From a bacterium (GTDB lineage Bacteria; SAR324; NAC60-12), in contig CBDBHR010000030.1 of assembly GCA_965205865.1 (NCBI GenBank), forward strand, positions 1,024,001 through 1,088,000: a stretch of 64,000 bases of DNA, in the 5' to 3' direction. Position numbers and translations under genes: made by a program. This document shows, piece after piece, positions 50,760 to 60,186 of this stretch. The notes beneath the pieces are model-generated. The model was given only the letters and a program-made list of their open reading frames with translations. It did no database searches and had not been told where the DNA came from. The number at the start of each line of letters is the position of its first letter. Position 1 is the stretch's first letter.

Positions 50760-52127
50760 ATGTCGAATTCTTTTCCCATCTATGAATCCCACTGTCCCAT
50801 ACATGGGATTATCGGTTTCAACGAAAAAGAACGGCGGGTCATCGATCATCCCTTTTTCCAGCGTCTGCGTCACATTTCGCAATTGGGTTTTGCCAATTAT
50901 GTTTATACGGGAGCCACGCATTCCCGCTTCGCGCATTCTCTGGGAGTGATGCATCTGGCAGGGAGAATTTTTGATCAGATCGTGGCTGCGGAGCGTGGCT
51001 GGCTTACCGGATTATTCAGCAAGCGGGATTGGTCCTATTTACGCCAGATGGTCCGGCTGGCGGCATTGTTACATGACGTAGGACACGCCCCTTTTTCCCA
51101 TTCTTGCGAAGCGGCGCTGCCTCTTAAAAGCAACCTCGATTTACCGGTTGATTGGTATAAATCGAATTTCAGGGAAAACCAGGCTACCCACGAGGATTTT
51201 TCGGTTGCCATCATTTGTGCCATGGCCCGGGAGACAAGGCCTCTCTTGTCTCCCGAGGAAGCTCAGGATATCTGCTCCTTGATCGACAGTAATATTTTGG
51301 TTTCCACTGCGTTTGAGGGACGCGGCAAAATCACTGAGGACTCCTCGCAAGATCGACAAGCCAGCAACATTCACCCGCTGCTCAAGCAGATCATCAGCGG
51401 GGAAGTCGATGCGGACCGCATGGATTACCTGCTACGTGATTCGTATTATACGGGTGTCAGCTATGGCAAGTTCGATCTGGACCATCTGGTGCGTTCATTG
51501 TCCTGCGCGCGATCCGAAGAAGGTATCGTCTTGGTTTTGAATTACAATGCCCTGCATACCTTCGAAGATTTCCTCATGGCCCGCCTGCACATGTTCATGC
51601 AGGTCTATCTTCACAAAACCCTCCTGCCTTTTGATTATTACCTGGCACAAGCACTGCTGGAAGAGGAAATCGATTTCAAGATCACCGGCGCCTTGGACAA
51701 TTTCCTGGTGGCGCGCGATGACCGTATTCTTTCTGCTCTGCACCAGGCGCAACACAAGAAATGGTCTTCCCGCATCGTGTTTCGAAAACCGGCAAAACGA
51801 TTGTTTCAATTCGAACATTACCATCCACCCGAATTGAAGCGGCAAGTCCTGGAACGCTTGCGGCAGGAAAGAATCGAACCCTTGTTTCTCCAATCCTCGC
51901 CTTATCTTTCCATGCTCTCCCCTCGAGAGCAGTCGACACGGCATTCCTTGTTGTTGAAAAGCAATGTGCTGGGAAAACCCCAGTATCTCCCTGTTCAAAA
52001 GGCTTCGCTCCTGCTGGAGCAATACCATCGCACGGCCGATCTCCAATATCTCTATTGCGAAGCGGAAGACTATCCGAGAGCTTGTGAAGCGCTGGTGCCC
52101 CTGCTGCTGGAAAAAGAATTCATTTGA
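50760..52127 (+). CDS. HD-superfamily phosphohydrolase
   Basis: FQRLRHISQLG, HSRFAHSLG, LLHDVGHAPFSH, DADRMDY. Confidence 0.92.
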   Translation: MSNSFPIYESHCPIHGIIGFNEKERRVIDHPFFQRLRHISQLGFANYVYTGATHSRFAHSLGVMHLAGRIFDQIVAAERGWLTGLFSKRDWSYLRQMVRLAALLHDVGHAPFSHSCEAALPLKSNLDLPVDWYKSNFRENQATHEDFSVAIICAMARETRPLLSPEEAQDICSLIDSNILVSTAFEGRGKITEDSSQDRQASNIHPLLKQIISGEVDADRMDYLLRDSYYTGVSYGKFDLDHLVRSLSCARSEEGIVLVLNYNALHTFEDFLMARLHMFMQVYLHKTLLPFDYYLAQALLEEEIDFKITGALDNFLVARDDRILSALHQAQHKKWSSRIVFRKPAKRLFQFEHYHPPELKRQVLERLRQERIEPLFLQSSPYLSMLSPREQSTRHSLLLKSNVLGKPQYLPVQKASLLLEQYHRTADLQYLYCEAEDYPRACEALVPLLLEKEFI

Positions 52128-52999
52128 CGCCTATGATGGAGATTCAAACTCCTGCAAAAATCAACACGCAACTCTACATTTTAAGAAAACGTGAGGACGG
52201 CTACCACGAATTGCTCAGCCACCTGGTGCCGATCGCCTTGTTCGACGCCATCACCCTGATTGGAAACATGGATCGTGGCATCCGGCTCCAACTCGACGGG
52301 CTGCCCTGTGGGGATGAAAAAGACAACCTGATCATCAAGGCGGCCCGCGCATTCGAGCAGCAAACCGGCATTGAAATTCATGCGGATTTTCATCTTTTCA
52401 AACGAATTCCCGTAAGCGCGGGATTGGGAGGAGGCAGCGGAAACGCGGCGGGTGTCTTGCAGGCATTGAACACCACCTGCAGTCATCCTCTGAAAACGCC
52501 GGAATTGAAAAAGATCGCGGCTACTCTGGGCTCGGATGTTCCTTTTTTCATCGACCCCCGCCCCTCTGAAGCAAAAGGGAGAGGTGAGCAATTGCGTCCT
52601 TTACCGGGATATCCTTCTTTTTTTCTGCTTCTCATCAAACCACCCTTTGCCATTTCAAGCGCGGAGGCTTACCGTCGCTGCCACCCTTCTCCGCTGCCGG
52701 ATACGATGCGGTCAAACCGGAGCAATACCATTGAAACTCTGGAACAGCTGACGAGCTCTTTGTACAACCACTTCGAAAAAACGTTGCTTGTCGATTTTCC
52801 CGAGTTGACAGTCATCAAACAGAAGCTTTTGCAGTATGGCGCAGTTGCTGCATTGGTGAGTGGAAGTGGTTCTTCCGTTTTTGGGGTTTTTGCAGGAGAA
52901 GCCCACCAGAAACGTGCTTGTCGGCAGATTTCCAGGGAAGGATTGGGTGAAGTGTTTTGTTCTCACGCCCTGAAGAGCCACCAATATTTTTCAGTTTGA
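52124..52999 (+). CDS. ispE: 4-diphosphocytidyl-2-C-methyl-D-erythritol kinase
   Basis: PAKIN, DGYHEL, KRIPVSAGLGGGSGNAA, LGSDVPFF, SGSGS. Confidence 0.96.
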   Translation: MTPMMEIQTPAKINTQLYILRKREDGYHELLSHLVPIALFDAITLIGNMDRGIRLQLDGLPCGDEKDNLIIKAARAFEQQTGIEIHADFHLFKRIPVSAGLGGGSGNAAGVLQALNTTCSHPLKTPELKKIAATLGSDVPFFIDPRPSEAKGRGEQLRPLPGYPSFFLLLIKPPFAISSAEAYRRCHPSPLPDTMRSNRSNTIETLEQLTSSLYNHFEKTLLVDFPELTVIKQKLLQYGAVAALVSGSGSSVFGVFAGEAHQKRACRQISREGLGEVFCSHALKSHQYFSV

Positions 53000-53036
53000 A
53001 TCCATTATTTCTCTTCACGCAACAGCAAAAAAAATT

Positions 53037-53843
53037 ATGTATCAGCAGCAGAAACGATCAATCGGCGTTCCGCTTTCGAAAGTCCTTTGGATTGCATTTT
53101 TTGTTATTGCTTCTCTGGGACTGGAAGCATGTCGCTCCGCAAGCTCCCGGACTAGCTATCGTCCCCAGGAGACCCCACAAAACGTTTGGACTCAAAAAAA
53201 TTCGCGAATTAATAAATTTTTGAAAATCTATACTGATAAATCAAACAAGACGGTCATGATGTCTCTGAAACGTGCTCAGCCTTACTTGCCCTACATTCGC
53301 AAGGAATTGAAAAAACGGAATCTCCCGCCCGAGTTGGCATTTTTGCCCATGTTGGAATCCTCTTTCAATCCAAAAGCGAAATCGCGGACGGGAGCCTTGG
53401 GGATGTGGCAATTCACAAAGGGCACGGCCAGGGATTATGGATTGCGTGTGGGCTGGGTCCGGGATGAGCGATTGAATTGGCAAAAATCAACCATGGCAGC
53501 CCTCGATTATCTGGACAGATTGGGTAAGAAATTCAAAAACAACTGGGAATTGGCGCTGGCCGCCTACAATGGAGGACCAGGCTATATCGAACGTTCCATG
53601 AAAAAACAGCGGACTGGAAATTTCTGGAAACTCAAACTGCGCAAGGAATCCCACGAGTACGTCCCCAAATTCATCGCCATGCTTCAAGTAGCCCGCAAGA
53701 AATACCCCCACCTTTATCAACTTGTGCTTGGCCGAAAATTAGATAACCACATGATATTTAATGGTATTCACCTATTTTCAAGAAACAAAGATTTTGGGAA
53801 AACTCATCAAAAATCCTATTTTTTGCTGATTTTGGCCATCTGA
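53037..53843 (+). CDS. Lytic transglycosylase (MltD-like SLT domain), probable lipoprotein
   Basis: LEAC lipobox, LPMLESS, GALGMWQF, LAAYNGG, ESHEYVPK. Confidence 0.9.
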   Translation: MYQQQKRSIGVPLSKVLWIAFFVIASLGLEACRSASSRTSYRPQETPQNVWTQKNSRINKFLKIYTDKSNKTVMMSLKRAQPYLPYIRKELKKRNLPPELAFLPMLESSFNPKAKSRTGALGMWQFTKGTARDYGLRVGWVRDERLNWQKSTMAALDYLDRLGKKFKNNWELALAAYNGGPGYIERSMKKQRTGNFWKLKLRKESHEYVPKFIAMLQVARKKYPHLYQLVLGRKLDNHMIFNGIHLFSRNKDFGKTHQKSYFLLILAI

Positions 53844-53933
53844 ACACTGTATCAAACAAATCTTCATCCTGTGAAATTGAAGAAATGTCATTTAATATCA
53901 GCAATTTGAGTATTTTTCTGCCAAGCACTAAAC

Positions 53934-54175
53934 TAACCTGAGTTCGAGATAAGAATTTAATAAATTCAATATGTTATGGAATCTTCATATCTCAGAGAAA
54001 CCTTGTCATTCCTGCGAAAGCAGGAATCCAGGGGTATGCAGCCAGACTGAAATCCGGATCCCCGCTCCCCGCTCCCCGCTTTCGCGAGGACAGGTTTCGC
54101 GGGGACAAGTTTCGCGAGGATGACATATAGACTAGGATATTCATATTATTGAAGATTTATGTCGAATTCAGGTTA
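53934..54175. mobile_element. MITE with IS982-type ends carrying a REP-like palindrome
   Basis: Left end taacctgagttcgagataagaattt is identical to 20515; right end ttatgtcgaattcaggtta; no transposase. Confidence 0.75.
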
Positions 54176-54718
54176 AATACCAATACGCAAGCCTGACCCC
54201 ATTTGTTTGTTCGTCCGTTTTTTCGCATAGGACTCGAGTTTACATTGATATTCGCTGATTCGGTGGTCCATTCCCGCAATAGATGGCTCATTGGCAATCA
54301 CCCTCCTGGCCAACCGAAAGACGCGAAATGGCATGCCGGGGTTTGGAATGACCTTGAGCTTGAAGACATTCCTCTCACAAGCCGTCAGGTAGCGCATATC
54401 ACCTTGATGCATGTAACCGCAGAAATTTCTTTCCAAACAGTCCGCTAGTTCGCGATTTATAAAGGAGACAAAGAAGACAATACAATGAGACCCCCAAGAG
54501 GGCGGTACACGGGGAACACCATCTGCCGCGTTGACGATACGGTATATTGGCGCGCGAATCTCTTCACCGAATTCCTTGCGTCGATTTGTTTGTCCTGAAT
54601 GGGGAGATTTCTGATAAAAAAAGTTCTCACCAGTGTTACCTCTTGTTATCAGTCCTGGAATACTTTCTTGGCGCAGAAGTAGCCTTTGGTACCGGATTTG
54701 AGTGTGGCGCTTCGCCAA
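54173..54718 (-). pseudogene. C-terminal half of a class 3 lipase-like protein
   Basis: YRIVNAADGVPRVPP, YMHQG, DHRISEY; no GHSLG motif. Confidence 0.55.
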
Positions 54719-55719
54719 CTGCCGGCGAAACCATTGACGGAGATTTCATGTACATCCAGCACCGTGTAGGCCCCATCGTATCGTCTTAGGTCGCGCTGAT
54801 TTGTGGTCGAACCAAGTCTTAGCAGGATGTTACGTTCACCGGTGTAGTTCCCCTCGAGCACGAGTACGCCAGGAGACTGAGGGTCTTCACTGAGGAGACT
54901 GCCGACGCGGTGCGCTCCGACCGCTTTGATATTCACGTCCGTGAATCCGTACAAAGGCGTCGATGCGCTGCCCAACGAGTCGAGTCCTTCCGGCGATTCG
55001 CGCAGGGTGAGCGTACCCCGTACGGACCGTCCATCGCTGCCAAAGGCAGGCTCTACGAGCGTTAACCGGTAATTGCCGGTCCTGTTCGCCATGGTCGCCT
55101 CCATGCTCAGACGACCGGAAACAGGTTCGCAACTGTCTTTCCGTACAATCCCGCTCTTGGAATCGTCTCCCACCATGTTTTTCCCGGACGTCTTGCAACC
55201 TGCCAGTACGGTGAGGGCAATCATTGCCAGGAATGCGTTCTTGCGCGCCACGGAGCCCGGGGGTGGCAAGCCCCGTTTTCGAATAGGCGTTGCTCCCAAA
55301 CCACGAGCCCGCCGGTCCCAGTAAAAACCGGGACTGAGATCGCTGTGTTCGGGAATCCGCGTTGTCATCTCGTGATAGGCCATCACGGAAACACGCACCC
55401 TGTTTTTCGCCATCGCCCGTAGTACCTCCGGGCGATGTCCGATCATGCGCCGGATCAGCCAGGCGGTTTCTTTTAAGGCGTAAGGATTCACCTTCTCCGA
55501 TGCCACAACGGGCAATCCTTCCACATCAACCCACTGCCGGTAAAACGGAGCCAACCGGAAGTGCTTTCGGACAGTCAGTGAAGGCGGCTCGACCGTTTGT
55601 GCTGTTGCGGGTAGCAAAATCGAGATAAGCGACGCGCATACCGTGAGCATGGCGAAAATAACCGGTGGCAGCCTTATCGGGGGTCCAAGCAATGCCGTTC
55701 TTTTGAAAAATTGCATCAT
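54649..55719 (-). CDS. Chimeric secreted hypothetical protein (truncated peptidase-like N-part fused to a lipoprotein)
   Basis: Signal peptide and WDRRARGLGAT segment, then a second internal signal ending in LAGC. Confidence 0.5.
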   Translation of the reverse strand: MMQFFKRTALLGPPIRLPPVIFAMLTVCASLISILLPATAQTVEPPSLTVRKHFRLAPFYRQWVDVEGLPVVASEKVNPYALKETAWLIRRMIGHRPEVLRAMAKNRVRVSVMAYHEMTTRIPEHSDLSPGFYWDRRARGLGATPIRKRGLPPPGSVARKNAFLAMIALTVLAGCKTSGKNMVGDDSKSGIVRKDSCEPVSGRLSMEATMANRTGNYRLTLVEPAFGSDGRSVRGTLTLRESPEGLDSLGSASTPLYGFTDVNIKAVGAHRVGSLLSEDPQSPGVLVLEGNYTGERNILLRLGSTTNQRDLRRYDGAYTVLDVHEISVNGFAGSWRSATLKSGTKGYFCAKKVFQD

Positions 55720-55959
55720 GTTCTCCGGAGAATGAATTTACATGGGAAAATCAAAAAATCACAAATGGGGTCAGTTTTGCTTATTTGTATTTAATTTGTG
55801 AAAAGCCACTCAGACAAAGGATTGAGGTATGGTTCCTTTCTGAGACCTTCCTTGCTGAACAGACAACGCATTGCCTTTTAAACCCCAGATGAGAGTCAAT
55901 CCTCTGATGGGTGAAAAACTCCTGCGCATAAGACAATTTCTTAATACCCTGACCCCTTT

Positions 55960-56469
55960 TCAATACCAATATGCAAGCCTGACACCCATTCGCGTTCTTG
56001 CGCAGTGGCTAGCTGAGCCGGCGTCATCTTCCCGGTAATCGCCTCTCTCGGCAAAGGCCTCCTCCACGCCTCTGCTTGCGGCCAAGTTGAACCACTTGTG
56101 CGCTTCTATGTAATCCTGCTGCGGTCCCGGACCTTGGACAAACAACCGTCCGAGGGCCATCATGGAGCAGGCGTCACCCTCCATTGCGGTTTCCTGCCAT
56201 TCGACCAGCGCTTCGCCGTGACTTCCGGCTTCCCAATGCCGCAACCCGTCATAATAATCCGCCAGCACCGGCCATGCAAAGACCAACGCCACAAGCAATA
56301 GCAACGTCCGTCTGACATGGGGCATCCTCGGAATCATTGGCTCACCCAAGCGAAAAGGTAGCTTACGGCCGCTGTGCCCAACTGCCGGACAGCGATCAGT
56401 CTTGCCGCTATTCGTCAGCCTGATGGGTGTTTTTTCATTCATTTTATCCTTACTCGCGTAGTGTTTCAT
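55960..56469 (-). CDS. Sel1-repeat protein fragment
   Basis: ALGRLFVQG...QDYIEAHKWFNLAASRG after a signal peptide; appears truncated. Confidence 0.6.
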   Translation of the reverse strand: MKHYASKDKMNEKTPIRLTNSGKTDRCPAVGHSGRKLPFRLGEPMIPRMPHVRRTLLLLVALVFAWPVLADYYDGLRHWEAGSHGEALVEWQETAMEGDACSMMALGRLFVQGPGPQQDYIEAHKWFNLAASRGVEEAFAERGDYREDDAGSASHCARTRMGVRLAYWY

Positions 56470-56729
56470 TGTTTCGCAATAATGGCTGTACTATGGAACG
56501 CTTCTAATGGAAAGCGTTACTTGTTTCAAACAGGTTCTCAGAAAAAGTGGTTGTCTGCTTGGACACAGTGATATTGGCTTTATATTGGGATCAAATTTTT
56601 CCTCAAATTGAGAAAAAAAGTCAAAAGCTCGAGAATGTAGCCAGCCAGATCAAAATACAGTGGACAAAAGATATAACGAGCGCGCTGAAGACTGTAAGAG
56701 AGGGCGCTGAAACGACCCATCCCCGTCTC

Positions 56730-57962
56730 TCATGCGGTTCTCAGGAAGGACAAGTATTGCTCAACCGCAGGAAGAACCATTTGGGCGGAGATGGTTGGCA
56801 ATGCGTCAAAGCCATGTCCCACCCACGGCAATTTCAATAAAACGAGGTGAGGCGTTTCTGCTTTTTGAAGAGCATTGTGAAATCGAATGGTTTCTGCAGG
56901 GGGAATCATGGAGTCCGTCTCGCCTTGAATGAGCATGAAGGGTGGAGGGTTTTTTATTCTATGGATGGGAGATGCTTGCCGGAATTTTGCAGGATTTATT
57001 TGAGGCGTACTGCGCATGACCTGTTCTAAAACACTTTGCAGCGTGAGATTTGAATTGTTTTCAAATTGCGCTTCAAAATCATAAATTCCGTAAAAAGCAA
57101 CACACCCTTGAACTCCGGTATCCACTTCTGAAAATCCGGATTGAAATTCCGGGTCACCGGGAGTCAACGCCGTCAGAGCAGCAAGATGCGCTCCTGCCGA
57201 CCCTCCCGTAACAACAATAAAATCGGGATCGGCTCCATAAGACGCTCCATTTACCTTGATCCAATGGATTGCGCGCTTACAGTCAATCAGATGATCCGGA
57301 AATACTGCTTGCGGACTCAAGCGATAAGATATTGAAAAACAAATCCATCCCTCTGCCGCCATTCTCACCATCAGGGGGATTCCATGATTTTTTAAACCCA
57401 TGGTCCAGGCGCCTCCATGGATTTGAAGAAGCACCGGACAATTCCCGGCATGATGGCGTGGACGGTAAATATCCAAGGTGAGGGAAAAGCCCTGATCTCG
57501 ATAAAATGGAATATCTGAAATGATTTCAACCCGCGAGTCCTTCAGTAAAAGGAAGGGGTTCCAATAAATATTCCAATCGACAAAAGAAGGGGAAGTGGTT
57601 TGCTGATAATGCGCAAATCGATGCTGTTCATATTCGCTGCCGAGCGCAGCGCTCATTTGCTGCTCTACCAATGGCTTCAGGCGAAAGAGGAATCGTGTCC
57701 GCCATCCCAGAGCAATCAAACTGAAGAGGAGGAGAATGAAAGCAAATTGTCCAAGATTGCTTTCAAGCGCGCCCGCAAAAAAGAAAAAAATCGTAATTCC
57801 CAGATTGAGGACGATCCAATGCAGGGCCAAGTCCCCAATCAACCAACTACTAACAAAAATCGACAAAACGATCAGCCTGTTTTCACTCTGGCGAAAAGGC
57901 TGAAAGACGTTCACGGTGAGCAGTGCGCAGAGCAGACTCCAAAGCAAAAACAAAAACGCCAT
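56730..57962 (-). CDS. Membrane-anchored alpha/beta hydrolase (HSL-like esterase)
   Basis: HGGAW, YRLSP, GGSAG, D...HGFD; N-terminal TM helices. Confidence 0.9.
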   Translation of the reverse strand: MAFLFLLWSLLCALLTVNVFQPFRQSENRLIVLSIFVSSWLIGDLALHWIVLNLGITIFFFFAGALESNLGQFAFILLLFSLIALGWRTRFLFRLKPLVEQQMSAALGSEYEQHRFAHYQQTTSPSFVDWNIYWNPFLLLKDSRVEIISDIPFYRDQGFSLTLDIYRPRHHAGNCPVLLQIHGGAWTMGLKNHGIPLMVRMAAEGWICFSISYRLSPQAVFPDHLIDCKRAIHWIKVNGASYGADPDFIVVTGGSAGAHLAALTALTPGDPEFQSGFSEVDTGVQGCVAFYGIYDFEAQFENNSNLTLQSVLEQVMRSTPQINPAKFRQASPIHRIKNPPPFMLIQGETDSMIPPAETIRFHNALQKAETPHLVLLKLPWVGHGFDALPTISAQMVLPAVEQYLSFLRTA

Positions 57963-58000
57963 GCGGCTCTCTTCAGAGACTCATGAGAGGAACAAACAAA

Positions 58001-58393
58001 CTATCGTTTCGAGAATTGATACTGTTTGCGCGCACCGGGTTGACCATACTTTTTCCGTTCAACCTGCCTGGCGTCACGCGTCAACATCTTTGCTTTTTTC
58101 AAAATCGGACGCAGCTCCTCGTCCATTTCCTGCAATGCCTTGGCAATCCCATGCCGTATGGCACCAGCCTGACCGGATAATCCACCTCCATGGACATTGA
58201 CCAGAATATCAAAGCGTCCGACGGTTTCCGTCACTTCCAGTGGTTGATAAATGATCATTTTCAAGGTCGTCCTTCTAAAATAGTCATCGACACTTTTCTT
58301 GTTGACCGTCATTTGTCCCTCACCCGGGCGTAAATAGACACGTGCTACCGAACTCTTGCGACGTCCTGTTCCATAATACTGTTCCACTGCCAT
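58001..58393 (-). CDS. rpsI: 30S ribosomal protein S9
   Basis: [27 protein letters not shown]. Confidence 0.99.
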   Translation of the reverse strand: MAVEQYYGTGRRKSSVARVYLRPGEGQMTVNKKSVDDYFRRTTLKMIIYQPLEVTETVGRFDILVNVHGGGLSGQAGAIRHGIAKALQEMDEELRPILKKAKMLTRDARQVERKKYGQPGARKQYQFSKR

Positions 58394-58399
58394 CTTCGC

Positions 58400-58849
58400 T
58401 TATCCCTTCAACTGCAGAGGTTGCGGTTTCTGCGCTTCATGCGGATGATGCGAGCCTGCATAAATCTTCAATTTATGCAGGGCCGTTCGATTGAGCGCAT
58501 TCTTGGCCATCATCCCTTTGACTGCATTATAAACTAAATTTGTTGGCTTTTTTTGCAGAATCTCTTGTGCTCTGGCTTGTTTCAAACCACCGGGGTACCC
58601 TGTATGGTGGTAATATATCTTGTCTTTCATCTTCTTTCCGGTCAATACCACTTTTTCCGCATTGATAACCACCACGTAATCTCCCGTATCGACGTGCGGA
58701 GTATAAATAGGCTTATGCTTTCCTCGTAAAAGAACAGCAATCCGAGTGGCCAAACGCCCCAGAGTCATTCCCTCTCCATCCACTAACCACCATTGACGAG
58801 GATGGGTGCCATTTTGCAGATCCTCTTTCCTGATCGATCTTGTTTTCAT
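58400..58849 (-). CDS. rplM: 50S ribosomal protein L13
   Basis: [29 protein letters not shown]. Confidence 0.99.
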   Translation of the reverse strand: MKTRSIRKEDLQNGTHPRQWWLVDGEGMTLGRLATRIAVLLRGKHKPIYTPHVDTGDYVVVINAEKVVLTGKKMKDKIYYHHTGYPGGLKQARAQEILQKKPTNLVYNAVKGMMAKNALNRTALHKLKIYAGSHHPHEAQKPQPLQLKG

Positions 58850-58968
58850 CTTTCTTGCTTGTTGATATGCAAAATTCGCTTTTTTAAAAAATAAACTTAC
58901 AGTATTACAGAAGATCGAAAGGGATTACAAGTTTTTTCTTGCCGGAAGCGAGTGTCCGATAACGGTAT

Positions 58969-60153
58969 TCACCTGATGGGTCCATGCTCATCCACATAAA
59001 CGCGAGGGACCCGGTTGTTGAAGCGGGTGAGGATTTCATAAGGAATCGTATCTGCCTTTTCCGCCATCTCCTCGACACTGAGTCGCTCCCCGCCCTGGGA
59101 ACCGATCAAGATCACTTCGTCACCATTGTAGGCGGTGCCATCTTCGATATTGACCATAAACTGGTCCATGCACACCCTTCCCACAATAGGATAGCGTTTT
59201 CCTCGAACGAGAACTTCTCCCCGATTGGAAAGGGAACGGCAATAGCCATCTCCATATCCTATGGGAATTGTTACGACGCGAACGTTATGATCGGAGCGCC
59301 AGGTGGCTCCATAGCCGATGGCATTGTTTGCCAGGACTACCTTGAAATAGACAACCGTGGAACTCAAGGAAAGCACTGGTTCAATAGCAAGCACTCTTCG
59401 ACAAGCGGGAGCGGGGTAAATGCCATAAAGGATGATGCCGGGCCGCACCATGTCCAAATGGGTTTGGGGAAAATGCAAGATTCCTGCGGAATTGGCCAGA
59501 TGTCTTGTGGGGAGGGGAACCTGCAATTGCTCAAACTTGTGAAGGGCTTCCTCAAAGCGGTTCAATTGTTCCCGGGTCATTGGGGAATCGGGATCATCCG
59601 CGCAGGCCAAATGGGAATAGACACCTTTGAGGCGACAATGTTTGGTGCGCACGGCGGCTTCAATAAAAGCTCCTGCCGAATAACTATGAACTCCGATTCT
59701 CTCCATGCCCGTATCGATTTTCAGGTGGATGACAGCCTTTTTTCGCTTGCGGACGGCCACTTCTTCCACCTGTCGCAGTTTGTCCGCAGAGGAAACTGTC
59801 AGCTCTAAATCAAAATCCAGAAAATGCTCAATTTGAGTATTCAAAGTGCCGCCCATAACCAGAATGGGAAGCTGGATTCCTCCTTGACGCAGAGCAATTC
59901 CCTCCTCTAAGAAAGCTACGCCAATTTGCTCCACTCCCCCTTGAGCAAGATGTTTGGTGACAGGAAGCAAGCCGTGACCATAGGCATTTGCTTTGACAAT
60001 TGCCATGATTTTGCTACCGTTGATATGCTTTCGGATTGTCTGTAAATTATGAGTGAGGCGATGGAGGTGAATAGTGGCTACGGTAGGGCGCATTGCCACT
60101 CCATCGTGATCAACAGGCGACTCGATTCCGGCAGCGTGTTTTTCTACGTTCAT
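58969..60153 (-). CDS. alr: Alanine racemase
   Basis: IVKANAYGHG, KIDTGMERIG, GYGDG, GRVCMDQ. Confidence 0.97.
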   Translation of the reverse strand: MNVEKHAAGIESPVDHDGVAMRPTVATIHLHRLTHNLQTIRKHINGSKIMAIVKANAYGHGLLPVTKHLAQGGVEQIGVAFLEEGIALRQGGIQLPILVMGGTLNTQIEHFLDFDLELTVSSADKLRQVEEVAVRKRKKAVIHLKIDTGMERIGVHSYSAGAFIEAAVRTKHCRLKGVYSHLACADDPDSPMTREQLNRFEEALHKFEQLQVPLPTRHLANSAGILHFPQTHLDMVRPGIILYGIYPAPACRRVLAIEPVLSLSSTVVYFKVVLANNAIGYGATWRSDHNVRVVTIPIGYGDGYCRSLSNRGEVLVRGKRYPIVGRVCMDQFMVNIEDGTAYNGDEVILIGSQGGERLSVEEMAEKADTIPYEILTRFNNRVPRVYVDEHGPIR

Positions 60154-60186
60154 TCTCTCTTCCTTGCAAGGCTGCGCGAATATCTG

